Shown here one piece after another: positions 10,212 to 19,148 of a DNA stretch of 64,000 nt. Position 1 is the first letter of the stretch. Every line of letters begins with the position of its first letter. Below the pieces are notes generated by a model that saw only the letters and a program-made list of their open reading frames with translations, did no database searches and was not told the origin of the DNA. Position numbers and translations under genes: made by a program. This stretch comes from a virus (taxonomy: Duplodnaviria; Heunggongvirae; Uroviricota; Caudoviricetes): IMG/VR virus record IMGVR_UViG_3300015207_000448; one strand, written 5' to 3'.

Positions 10212-10314
10212 ATATTTTTATTTATTTTTCAACTGGCTAAAAATGAAAATCATCTATTTCGCTATCTATCAATAGTATATAACTTTCATTTATGTTAAAA
10301 GGATTATTAGTGAA

Positions 10315-10365
10315 ACAATCCTACCTAATAACAGATAGAGGCTATCCATAATTAGGTAGGATTGT
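10315..10365 (-). terminator. Long hairpin after nrdJ
   Basis: 15-bp perfect arms acaatcctacctaat / attaggtaggattgt with inner gatag/ctatc. Confidence 0.6.
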
Positions 10366-10367
10366 CA

Positions 10368-12623
10368 TTAGCTACATTTGGAATACCCACATGCAGCGCA
10401 GGTCATACAACCTTCGACCATTTGTATCGGTTCTCCACATTTAGGGCATTTCGGGGCCTCTATCACGGCGTCATTAAAGATTTTCGACTTGAGACCTTCG
10501 ACCTCATTTGCGGCTTGCATAGTATTGTTATGCTTCAATTCGTGTTGAAGTTCATTATACATGTCCATCAACGCATATCCAATGGCAACAGGACAACTGG
10601 AGCCTTTGGATGTGTCTTGCTTAGTTGCCTTACGAACAGCATACGACGGACAGGTTCCAGCGCTCTTTAGTTGATCTACGATGTCTTCGATTGCAATATT
10701 TCCACGAGCGGCAAGTGATACCATTCGAGACAGTCCAACCATAAACAAAGCGCATCCACCTTGAGACCCTTTGCTAAAATAAGTTTCCAGCAACTGTCCG
10801 GTATGACGGTCAAAAAACGCAGTCAAGTGAAGAGTGCCGCAACCGGTAACGAGTGTTCTCTTGCGACCAATACAATCGTCAGAAGCCTTTCGTATTTTTG
10901 TTGGTTCATTATCTGATTTGGGTGTTTCTTCCGACTTTTTGTCAGTGGTAAGAATACCTTGACGCTGACAGCCATCACGCCAAATGGTCACGCCTTTGAG
11001 TCCTTGCCTCCAAGCCTCCATATAGAGGTCGGCAACCTGCTCAACCGTTGTCTCATGGGGGAGATTGACCGTGGAGCTAATTGACGCATCAATATATTTT
11101 TGCAGCATCGCCTGAACCTTGATACGATCGTGGTAGTCGATGTCCGCAGATGCAACAAAGAAGTCAGGTAATTTAGTTGCGCCGGTGACTTTCTTGTATT
11201 CCTGAACAATTTTGGCATCCACCTGATATGTGGTTTCCTCATTGTTCAACGATACGGTACGACGATTGTATGAAAAAGCGAAATTAGGCTCTACACCAGT
11301 GCTTACCTGAAGCATAGTGCCAATGGTTCCAGTTGGAGCACAAGTCAAAAGCTGAGAGTTGTAGAGGCCATATTGTTCGATTTCTTCCAGTACCTTATTG
11401 GACAAATCCACGCTCTTGATAAAATCTGAGTGTATAATGGCTCTTTTTATTTTCTCATCACATTTAGGAAAAGCACCTTTCTCTTTTGCCAGTTCGAGAG
11501 ATGTGGTGATGGCTTTGTAGGCAATGTTCTGATATACTTCCTGAATGACTTTAAGTGATTCAGGAGAACCATACTTTACTCCCAGTTTAATTAGCATATC
11601 TCCAAGACCGAGAGTGCCAAGGCCAATCTGGCGCCAGTCGCGAACTGAATCACGCTGTTCCTGTAGCGGATGTAACGACAACCCTTCAATTAAGACATCA
11701 TTCAAAGCATGGATAGCGATTTTAACTGCTGACATCAGTGCTTCCGCATTGATATATGCGTCTTTAGTGAAAGGGTTAACAACAAACTCGGATAAGTTGA
11801 TGCTGCCAAGCAGACATGAGCCACCAGCAGGCAGAGGCTCTTCTGCACATGGATTCACGCCCGCATATTTGAATCCGGTATTTTGAAGAAGATTATAGTT
11901 GGCTATACGGTCCCAATATAGGATGCCCGGCTCTGCCATCTCCCAGTTGCGTTTAGCAAGCAGCATGAACATTTCTTTGGCGCTGACAACACGACCGATT
12001 TTTGAGCCATCTTCCAAGGTGAACTCAAGGTTGAAATCAGAGTCTGTCTCAACTGCGTGCATGAAAGCATCAGTCATACGAACTGAGATGTTTGCTTTGG
12101 TGCAGACATCCAAGTTGGATTTAAGATTGATGAACTCTTCAAGGTCCGGATGCTCGCATGAAATGCTAAGCATGGTGGCACCTCGACGACCTTCTTGTCC
12201 GATTAGACCGGTTATGTAACTATAAAAGTCCATAAAGCTGGTGGCACCAGATGTGCTTTTGGCTGCATTATTCACATCAGCGCCTTTGGGCCGAAGATTG
12301 CTGACATCAATGCCACATCCACCTCCATAACTGAATGTGCGAGCCATCTTAGCGCCAGCATCAAATATAGACTCAAGGTTATCCTTGGGTGGCGTCACTA
12401 CATAACAGTTGCTGAGTGTTATCTTTCGGTCTTTGATGCCACGATTTGAAAGTATGCGACCGGCGAAGATGAATTTCTTTTCCCGGATCAATTCCTTGAC
12501 AGTTTCATCCTCAGCAGAAATTCTGTTGAGCCATTGCTCAAAGTCTTCACCCTTTTGCTGGTACTTTTTACGCCAAATGGTTACTGGCAGTTCCTCGTGA
12601 TTGAGCCATTCTTCTATAGTCAT
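10368..12623 (-). CDS. nrdJ: Class II (adenosylcobalamin-dependent) ribonucleotide reductase
   Basis: TLSNCYV, NPCAEEPL, APTGTI, GVTIWRDG; C-terminal TSCPD-like domain and CPKC...CAAC ribbon; likely start ATG 12623 overlapping thyX stop (ATGA); track start 12638. Confidence 0.9.
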   Translation of the reverse strand: MTIEEWLNHEELPVTIWRKKYQQKGEDFEQWLNRISAEDETVKELIREKKFIFAGRILSNRGIKDRKITLSNCYVVTPPKDNLESIFDAGAKMARTFSYGGGCGIDVSNLRPKGADVNNAAKSTSGATSFMDFYSYITGLIGQEGRRGATMLSISCEHPDLEEFINLKSNLDVCTKANISVRMTDAFMHAVETDSDFNLEFTLEDGSKIGRVVSAKEMFMLLAKRNWEMAEPGILYWDRIANYNLLQNTGFKYAGVNPCAEEPLPAGGSCLLGSINLSEFVVNPFTKDAYINAEALMSAVKIAIHALNDVLIEGLSLHPLQEQRDSVRDWRQIGLGTLGLGDMLIKLGVKYGSPESLKVIQEVYQNIAYKAITTSLELAKEKGAFPKCDEKIKRAIIHSDFIKSVDLSNKVLEEIEQYGLYNSQLLTCAPTGTIGTMLQVSTGVEPNFAFSYNRRTVSLNNEETTYQVDAKIVQEYKKVTGATKLPDFFVASADIDYHDRIKVQAMLQKYIDASISSTVNLPHETTVEQVADLYMEAWRQGLKGVTIWRDGCQRQGILTTDKKSEETPKSDNEPTKIRKASDDCIGRKRTLVTGCGTLHLTAFFDRHTGQLLETYFSKGSQGGCALFMVGLSRMVSLAARGNIAIEDIVDQLKSAGTCPSYAVRKATKQDTSKGSSCPVAIGYALMDMYNELQHELKHNNTMQAANEVEGLKSKIFNDAVIEAPKCPKCGEPIQMVEGCMTCAACGYSKCS

Positions 12624-13348
12624 TTCTCCTGATTGCATTTACGATTAGTACCTCTTTGCTTCTCAGAGAAATGAGAAACATATTCCTTGAGCTCGGTGTC
12701 AAATGCAGGTGTGGAGTTGAATCCGCAGCAACGCATTTCTCCGCACAGGCCATTACGGTACACGCATTTGCGTACCATCATAGCTGCCAGCTCAGGGTCA
12801 ATTTGTGCGATTTGATACTTGATTTCACGGAAAACAATAACTGTTTCAGCAGCAGCACAACCGGAACATAGCCTTAATTTAGCCATGTCAATCAACGATT
12901 GAGCGTTGACGCAAAGGCTAAGGTTGACCGGAGTCTGCCTATCAGCATTGTTTTTAAGCCACTCAAGCTCTTCAACTATCGCGTTTTCTTCTTGGATGTG
13001 GGGAGCTGTAATCGACCCTCCTTTCTGCCAATCGCTCAACAGAGATTTGATACGATTGGCTACATCGTCAATTTTTGCAGGCATACCAGGATTGCCGCCA
13101 TTGCGATCATCTCGACAAGTAAGTTGGAACGGTACAGAGCCGACATGATGACGGAGCAAATGGGTGCTGACGAACAGAGGGATGTTTTTTAGAGTTATCC
13201 AGAACAATTGTGTTCGGACTGGGGAGTGTTCAGCCTTGTAAAGTTGACTTAACGACGCATGGCTCTCACCAATAAACGTCGATGCGCACGCCTCCCTTAG
13301 AAGCTCAACGTCTGTGAGTTTTCGCACAGACACGGTAAAGTCCTTCAT
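12620..13348 (-). CDS. thyX: Flavin-dependent thymidylate synthase (divergent ThyX)
   Basis: EHSPVR, HLLRHHVG...CRDDR, RLC motifs; coupled to nrdJ. Confidence 0.75.
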   Translation of the reverse strand: MKDFTVSVRKLTDVELLREACASTFIGESHASLSQLYKAEHSPVRTQLFWITLKNIPLFVSTHLLRHHVGSVPFQLTCRDDRNGGNPGMPAKIDDVANRIKSLLSDWQKGGSITAPHIQEENAIVEELEWLKNNADRQTPVNLSLCVNAQSLIDMAKLRLCSGCAAAETVIVFREIKYQIAQIDPELAAMMVRKCVYRNGLCGEMRCCGFNSTPAFDTELKEYVSHFSEKQRGTNRKCNQEK

Positions 13349-13410
13349 TTATAGGAATTTGCATTGTGATTTTGATTAGATTCTGTACGAAGTCAATTTG
13401 AAAAACACCG

Positions 13411-13418
13411 CAAAGTTA
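13411..13418 (-). promoter_or_regulatory. Bacteroidota -7 element TAACTTTG upstream of thyX-nrdJ
   Basis: Plus caaagtta in AT-rich intergenic DNA. Confidence 0.65.
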
Positions 13419-13478
13419 AAGAAATATTTTCAAACAGATGAAAAAAGTGCGAAGATTTTTACTTCATTCGCACCAATT

Positions 13479-13886
13479 TTATTTCTGTCCTTTGATAATA
13501 TTTCTGCGATTTTCGATAGCTCGCTGAATTTGTTTAGAACTTGGAGGTATTTTTGGATGTTCAGCCGTACATCCGTCTTTCCTGTATTTAATTAACTGCA
13601 ATCTAAACAGTTCCGACCTAAAGAATGGATTGTTTGACGCATAACTGATAGCCTCAATTAAGTCTGCATCTGGCACACCATTGGAGCCGACAACTTGCAT
13701 GATTAAGTCGTACTCCAATGGTGTGTTCATCCGGAGGCTATATCCTAAGGGGACTTCATCAAACCGCCTTAGGATTCTTCTTCGACCTGGACTTTTTTGC
13801 TGTCTCTTCGGTTTCGGCTTGGGACCTTGCCTCTTCGACAACTTCTGATTCGGGGGTCGGTGCTGATTGGACTTCTCCATAAACAT
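13479..13886 (-). CDS. Hypothetical protein (start uncertain)
   Basis: 135-aa ORF whose 5' part overlaps 13759..13974 in another frame. Confidence 0.45.
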   Translation of the reverse strand: MFMEKSNQHRPPNQKLSKRQGPKPKPKRQQKSPGRRRILRRFDEVPLGYSLRMNTPLEYDLIMQVVGSNGVPDADLIEAISYASNNPFFRSELFRLQLIKYRKDGCTAEHPKIPPSSKQIQRAIENRRNIIKGQK

Positions 13887-13974
13887 CTTTGATTTGTTCA
13901 GAGACGGGAGTGACAGCTGCTGCTTCGATTTCTCGAAGGCTTCGAGCTTGTGCGGGAGTGTTAAATGTTCTCAT
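13759..13974 (-). CDS. Small hypothetical protein
   Basis: 71 aa; starts 3 nt after the stop of the fibre gene. Confidence 0.45.
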   Translation of the reverse strand: MRTFNTPAQARSLREIEAAAVTPVSEQIKDVYGEVQSAPTPESEVVEEARSQAETEETAKKSRSKKNPKAV

Positions 13975-13977
13975 TGT

Positions 13978-15738
13978 TTATACCATATAAGTGATTGAAA
14001 ATTCTGTTGAGCGATTGCAACTGGAGTCGCAATACACGACTTGACAAGCGCGTTGTCCGGCTGCAATCTTGCAGACCCATGTACGGTTATTTGCAAATCC
14101 TATTGTATGCTTGACGGCATGAGAGGGGGCTGCAATAGTATTAGGGATTGTAAAAACAGTTCCTGAGTGAATTGTTTTTGTAGAGCCTTGTATGCAGACG
14201 ATGTTGCCAATCTGACGTACATACAGCGAATCCTTGATCAACTTCCAGCCGGAGTCAGCCATTTTGGGTTCATAGTCACCGGCACTTGCGGCACCTATAT
14301 TATCTCGAATTTTTTTCTTGTTGGCTTCAGAACCTGCCATATCTGCAAGAAATTGATCAAGTTTTGCATACTTGCTCAAATCATCCGTTCCAACGGCGCC
14401 AATATGTGAACGGCAATCGGATTTGCTAACAGTGGCAGAGACAAACTGAGACAACCCGCCTGCCAACTTTGCAAACTTATCATCAGCTTGCTTGGTTGAG
14501 TAAACATCACTTGTGTTTGCTTTTTTATCAAGTGCTGTGTTCATCGTCGAAATCAGAGCATACCGTTCAGATAAGAAAACGCCATTTTCCTTAATTACCG
14601 GGCCGATATTGACGTAGGTTGCGCCCATAATACGAATATTATTGGATGCACTATTGATATTGAACTCATTGTCCTCGGAGCTGATGAATCCGATTCGTGC
14701 CATTGTCGCATTGGCAGAATCTGTCCAAGCTATTGCATTAGTGAGCGCATTGTTTGTTTTCAGTGCATTTGCTTTCAGGACAAGCCCGTCTGCAACACCC
14801 GAAGCAATAGTAGTCGCTCCAAAAATGCCAACAGTATTGGATGAACCTGTTACACTGATGATGCTTTTGCCCTTACCGTTTCCGATATGAGTATTGCGAA
14901 ATTGGGTATTGCCGCCATTGTAACTGTGATAGTTAATGTATGCGTCTGCTGTACCATTTGCAGTTCCTTGGTAAAGATGGTTGCCTGTAAGCACGAGCCC
15001 ACCAAAAGTGCCTTGTGAAGAAGACAATGGCTTATTGAAGGTGATAGACGAGTGTCCAATGGTTGCAATAAGAGCGTTATTGCAATAGAATCGGATACCT
15101 ACGCCATCAACAACGGATATTTGGTAAGTATTTGAGTTGCCAGTGGACGAAATGCTGAACGTTGAGCCACTGTAGTTAATTCGCGTAGATACAGCTCCAT
15201 CCTTAATCGTAACAGACTTATTGGCAATTAAGTCTCCGTTGGTTTGAATATCCTTCGCAAAATTCACCAGACTGTTTACAATCTGAGAACCATTGGCCGG
15301 GTTAAGCAAAAGCGCATACTTACCAATGAACGCATCTTTCATTCGTAAACCGCCAGTAGATGTAATTGCTAACGATGTGGGTACCTTACCAGTCAGAGGG
15401 TCTGCTGTGACCGGTACAGACTTTCCGATGGTGCAGCCATATATGTTTCTGCCGACTTTAGCTCCACCGCTTTCGTATGGAACACTTTCAGTGGTGTTCA
15501 ACTCATAAATATATTGCGGCCACGAAGTCAAGCCTGTTGCGCCTGAAAAAGAACGCAACTTGCCATTCAAGAATACATAACCGGCACTGATTGCAGAGCC
15601 TGTAACCTCACAACCGCTAACTATGAAGTTGTCACAGTCATCAAAAAGCTCGGCAAAAGCCAACGCTAATTCCTGAAGATTCTCAAGATCATCAGCATAG
15701 GTGTAACGTCCACCTGTTTGTGCGCTAAACTCTTTCAT
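13978..15738 (-). CDS. Tail fibre / baseplate-attached fibre protein
   Basis: Gly/Ser/Asn-rich beta-type body; last gene of the baseplate operon. Confidence 0.6.
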   Translation of the reverse strand: MKEFSAQTGGRYTYADDLENLQELALAFAELFDDCDNFIVSGCEVTGSAISAGYVFLNGKLRSFSGATGLTSWPQYIYELNTTESVPYESGGAKVGRNIYGCTIGKSVPVTADPLTGKVPTSLAITSTGGLRMKDAFIGKYALLLNPANGSQIVNSLVNFAKDIQTNGDLIANKSVTIKDGAVSTRINYSGSTFSISSTGNSNTYQISVVDGVGIRFYCNNALIATIGHSSITFNKPLSSSQGTFGGLVLTGNHLYQGTANGTADAYINYHSYNGGNTQFRNTHIGNGKGKSIISVTGSSNTVGIFGATTIASGVADGLVLKANALKTNNALTNAIAWTDSANATMARIGFISSEDNEFNINSASNNIRIMGATYVNIGPVIKENGVFLSERYALISTMNTALDKKANTSDVYSTKQADDKFAKLAGGLSQFVSATVSKSDCRSHIGAVGTDDLSKYAKLDQFLADMAGSEANKKKIRDNIGAASAGDYEPKMADSGWKLIKDSLYVRQIGNIVCIQGSTKTIHSGTVFTIPNTIAAPSHAVKHTIGFANNRTWVCKIAAGQRACQVVYCDSSCNRSTEFSITYMV

Positions 15739-16268
15739 TAAGATTCGTATTTGATGATATAAGTTTTGTTGGCAAGCCGATACTTGTCAATGACATATTT
15801 CAGCATTGCAATGTATTTTGACTCTGAGATGAGTTTCGTATCAATTCGCGGGGTTGCAACGAAGAAGCTCACACTGCTTTCATCAGTTTGTTCATCGCTA
15901 CGATAAAGAATTAGCTGCCGTGGCTCCGTTGCTTCAGATTCAGTGTGTACAAGCATGTTGTCACTCTGTGTAATATTGGCTGATTCATGCCAAATAGGTG
16001 TACCAGGTTGTTCAGAGTTCTTAATGACAATTCTTCCTCCATTGGCAAAATACTTACTGAACTTGCGATTCAAATACCATTCAAACTTGATAATCTGGGA
16101 GGTCATCGCAGCTTCGATACGAGTCTCCTTTGCATATTCTACAAAGGATTCATTTGCCTGCTGAAGTGGACGAATTAACGCTTGCAGGTACAGAATCAGG
16201 CGACGCCCACCAAGATAGTATGGTACCAGCTGATTTATAGTTTTATCAAAGTTAATTCTGTACCTCAT
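15738..16268 (-). CDS. Baseplate wedge subunit (P2 gpI-like position)
   Basis: Between J-like and fibre genes; ...IIKFEWYLNRKF...YRLANKTYIIKY pattern. Confidence 0.55.
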   Translation of the reverse strand: MRYRINFDKTINQLVPYYLGGRRLILYLQALIRPLQQANESFVEYAKETRIEAAMTSQIIKFEWYLNRKFSKYFANGGRIVIKNSEQPGTPIWHESANITQSDNMLVHTESEATEPRQLILYRSDEQTDESSVSFFVATPRIDTKLISESKYIAMLKYVIDKYRLANKTYIIKYES

Positions 16269-17176
16269 ACGTTGTCTTCCAATTTAAGGATTATAGTATC
16301 TCGCCAAAGGGGAATGTCTTTTTCTACCCCTGATGCTGAACTTTGCTTGATGTAACCAGAGTTAGGCACAAAGTAACGCCCTATCTTAACAAGAGGGTCG
16401 GTAGTACCTTCTTTATATATCAAGTTATTATCATCGTCATAGCTGGCAATAAAAATACCTTGGTGGTCTGTGTCATCCGACGAAACCTGAACGTCGGTGA
16501 CATGTTCCACGTTCTGTATGCTGTCAATGACTTTCTGAGTGTAAACCAACCCATTGAAATCTATGCTGGCAATATACTCATTAAGAGCAGATTCTATGGC
16601 TGCATAAAGATCATCTTCGGGGACAGCTCCATCATAGTAAACCACAACTCTTGGTACAAGTACATCTCCTATACGGCTCACGACTCTCGCGTGCTGACCG
16701 GCAAATAGTATCTGATTCAGAAATGCCCTGATTGCAATCAGTTCGTCATCATCGATTCGAGCGTAAGCACCCGGTTTACCAGTTGCAATTTTGAACCTGA
16801 CAATCTTATCGTGGAACCCAGGCTCGTCTTCTTCGTAATAAGCGACCTTAGTTACAATTCGTTTGGTTGGGTCAACTTGAGGGTATGAAAAAGACGTGCC
16901 GTCTTCGCTGATAACCAAGTCATCTCCCGACTGATATTTCATCAAAGCATTGGCAAAATACGCAGGAGTTCCATTGATTCTGTTTTGGAGGTCTTTGGCA
17001 AGATCTACCTTGAAGACATCCATCACATTTTCAAAAGTCCAGATACATGCAGATGTGACCCATGTAAATGCGTCAAGAATTGACATTTTAGAACTGTTTT
17101 CAAATTCTGTCAACTCCAAATAGTTGTTGCGGCACTCTTTAGCAACCGCATATATTTCACTCAGTGACCGTGCCAT
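16265..17176 (-). CDS. Baseplate wedge protein (J-like)
   Basis: Synteny; C-terminal VIDSIQNVEHVTDV motif. Confidence 0.55.
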   Translation of the reverse strand: MARSLSEIYAVAKECRNNYLELTEFENSSKMSILDAFTWVTSACIWTFENVMDVFKVDLAKDLQNRINGTPAYFANALMKYQSGDDLVISEDGTSFSYPQVDPTKRIVTKVAYYEEDEPGFHDKIVRFKIATGKPGAYARIDDDELIAIRAFLNQILFAGQHARVVSRIGDVLVPRVVVYYDGAVPEDDLYAAIESALNEYIASIDFNGLVYTQKVIDSIQNVEHVTDVQVSSDDTDHQGIFIASYDDDNNLIYKEGTTDPLVKIGRYFVPNSGYIKQSSASGVEKDIPLWRDTIILKLEDNV

Positions 17177-18068
17177 TTTCTATCGTTTTAGGTATGTATA
17201 ATTCATTATTGATGTAGAACTTCCATGTGTCTGAAATATTCCACTCTGGTTCTCTCAATATTGTATCGATCGCTTCAAAGCCTCGTTCAGATGGCGTTGT
17301 AGTTAAATACACTGTACATGGGCGCCGGTCATTGTAATGCTCCTTGACATATACAAGATAATCATCCAATACTTCGTCATTCATGTAATATACATCAGTC
17401 AGATTCAATTCCTGAAGTGACATATTGGCGATTGGCAGTAAGTCAGATATTATTCCATTACTCAAATCTACTTTGTAAGTACCATTCAGTAATGCCAAAC
17501 CAGTCAAGGAGTAACCTCTACCACGACACACGTATTCATCAACAACTACTGGATGACATAAAAGCAATGAGCCACCAAGCCCGGTTGTGTCAAGCTGAGT
17601 GAATTGCAACGTGTTGGTATCTCCATATATCTTGATTCTACGTTTTTCAACTTCACTGTCAAAATAATGTTCGATTTGTTGAACGCTTGGAGTGAGTATA
17701 ATGGATTCAAGATTGGAGTTATCGCCCCAATCTACAAGCATTTCACCCTCTCCGGCAACCTTGATGTGAGTGAGTGCCATATCAGCATTAACGCCAATAA
17801 GAAATATCAAATCTCGGTCAGGCCGTTTGAAATAGACATGACGGGCGCCTGATGATGGCGTAATATTTTGCTTTTGAAATTCATTAACAATAGATGCGTT
17901 GATTATAAACTCTTCGTGATATACAAGTTCCTGACCAAATGATAGCTCCGAAGTCATACTGAGTTCCGGATTGCTTATCATAAGGTCAAAAATGCCCTCA
18001 ATACTGCCATACAAATGCAAGGCAACATCGAAAAGATTCTGATTGGGTTTTACAATATATGTTGCCAT
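17157..18068 (-). CDS. Baseplate protein with N-terminal LysM/gpX-like domain
   Basis: YIVKPNQNLFDVALHLYGSIEGIFDLMISNP; VDWGD PKD-like motif. Confidence 0.6.
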   Translation of the reverse strand: MATYIVKPNQNLFDVALHLYGSIEGIFDLMISNPELSMTSELSFGQELVYHEEFIINASIVNEFQKQNITPSSGARHVYFKRPDRDLIFLIGVNADMALTHIKVAGEGEMLVDWGDNSNLESIILTPSVQQIEHYFDSEVEKRRIKIYGDTNTLQFTQLDTTGLGGSLLLCHPVVVDEYVCRGRGYSLTGLALLNGTYKVDLSNGIISDLLPIANMSLQELNLTDVYYMNDEVLDDYLVYVKEHYNDRRPCTVYLTTTPSERGFEAIDTILREPEWNISDTWKFYINNELYIPKTIENGTVTE

Positions 18069-18069
18069 C

Positions 18070-18771
18070 TTATAAATCTTCGATTACATCAACATCAAGC
18101 TCCATCTGCTTCGTATCATAATTGTATGCAGCAGTTCGGACATTACATCCGTCTGCTGAAAATTCAGCTTGGAGAATCTTAGTTAAATCAGTAGATACCA
18201 CATTCGTAGAGTTGATCCATCGAGCCAGCCCAACTCCAGTCAAAGGGTATCGATAATTGCCACCAGGGAAACATGCCAACATACAATTTGTGTTCTGTCG
18301 ATTAGCTTTTACAATATTGAAATCAGACAGACTACTGGCATATATTCTCGCAATACCATCTTCAAGATTGATAAAGAAGCCACTCTCTGAAATAGTAGGT
18401 AATGTGGACGCAAATACATTTTTTAATGAGCCTCCATAAAGTGCGCTCTTTACCAAATACCATTCCGTACCATCAACTTCATTGATTACATACAAGAAAG
18501 AGCCATCTTCATTAACCCTGCGGATGCGAATCTTGAACTCCTGGTATATGGGGGTGTAAGGGATAACAAAGAATATCCCATGCTGCCTAACGGTACGCTC
18601 GCTGACAGAATACGGTACATCTATCTCACCATAAATATAGCGAGATAGCAATGATGGCTCATTAACCCACCGAAAATCTCTCATACGAGGACTATTCTGA
18701 GGGTCAATAGCTACATCTCCGGTTTCTATATGTAGTTCAATATCTTTACGCATTAGCTGCCTGTAATTCAA
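18070..18771 (-). CDS. Probable gp25-like baseplate protein
   Basis: PGGNYRYPLTGVGL motif in C-terminal half; synteny. Confidence 0.5.
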   Translation of the reverse strand: MNYRQLMRKDIELHIETGDVAIDPQNSPRMRDFRWVNEPSLLSRYIYGEIDVPYSVSERTVRQHGIFFVIPYTPIYQEFKIRIRRVNEDGSFLYVINEVDGTEWYLVKSALYGGSLKNVFASTLPTISESGFFINLEDGIARIYASSLSDFNIVKANRQNTNCMLACFPGGNYRYPLTGVGLARWINSTNVVSTDLTKILQAEFSADGCNVRTAAYNYDTKQMELDVDVIEDL

Positions 18772-19147
18772 GTTCGTTTATCTCATTTCGCATTTGTTGA
18801 CGAGTCTGGTGCAATTCCTCCACATTATAGGGCAATGGCTTATTTAGCAAGGACGCTTCATAACATTTCACAATTTTATAATCGCTGTCTGAAAGTTCCT
18901 GCTTACGGGATTCGATTTCCCGTCTCAGTTTTTGTTTGTCAAATACAGTATTGTAAGAATATGCTATATGATCGCCTGCATCATAGGCAACTACTTTTAC
19001 TCTGCACTGGTTATCTGTACAATGTAGTTTCTCTGGATCAATGGTGTCAACAGGTTTCCATTGAGGATCTAAAGATGGTATCACAGAATCCTCAAACTCT
19101 CTGCTGGTCAGATACCCAGCCTCATTTATGTAACCATATTCTTTCAT
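18746..19147 (-). CDS. Probable tail fibre assembly chaperone
   Basis: LSDSDYKIVKCYE...RQQMRNEINELE pattern directly after a fibre gene. Confidence 0.5.
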   Translation of the reverse strand: MKEYGYINEAGYLTSREFEDSVIPSLDPQWKPVDTIDPEKLHCTDNQCRVKVVAYDAGDHIAYSYNTVFDKQKLRREIESRKQELSDSDYKIVKCYEASLLNKPLPYNVEELHQTRQQMRNEINELELQAANA

Positions 19148-19148
19148 A

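Noticed and set aside
10368-12623. Intein or intron in nrdJ
   Set aside because: Length (~750 aa) and continuous motifs fit an uninterrupted enzyme
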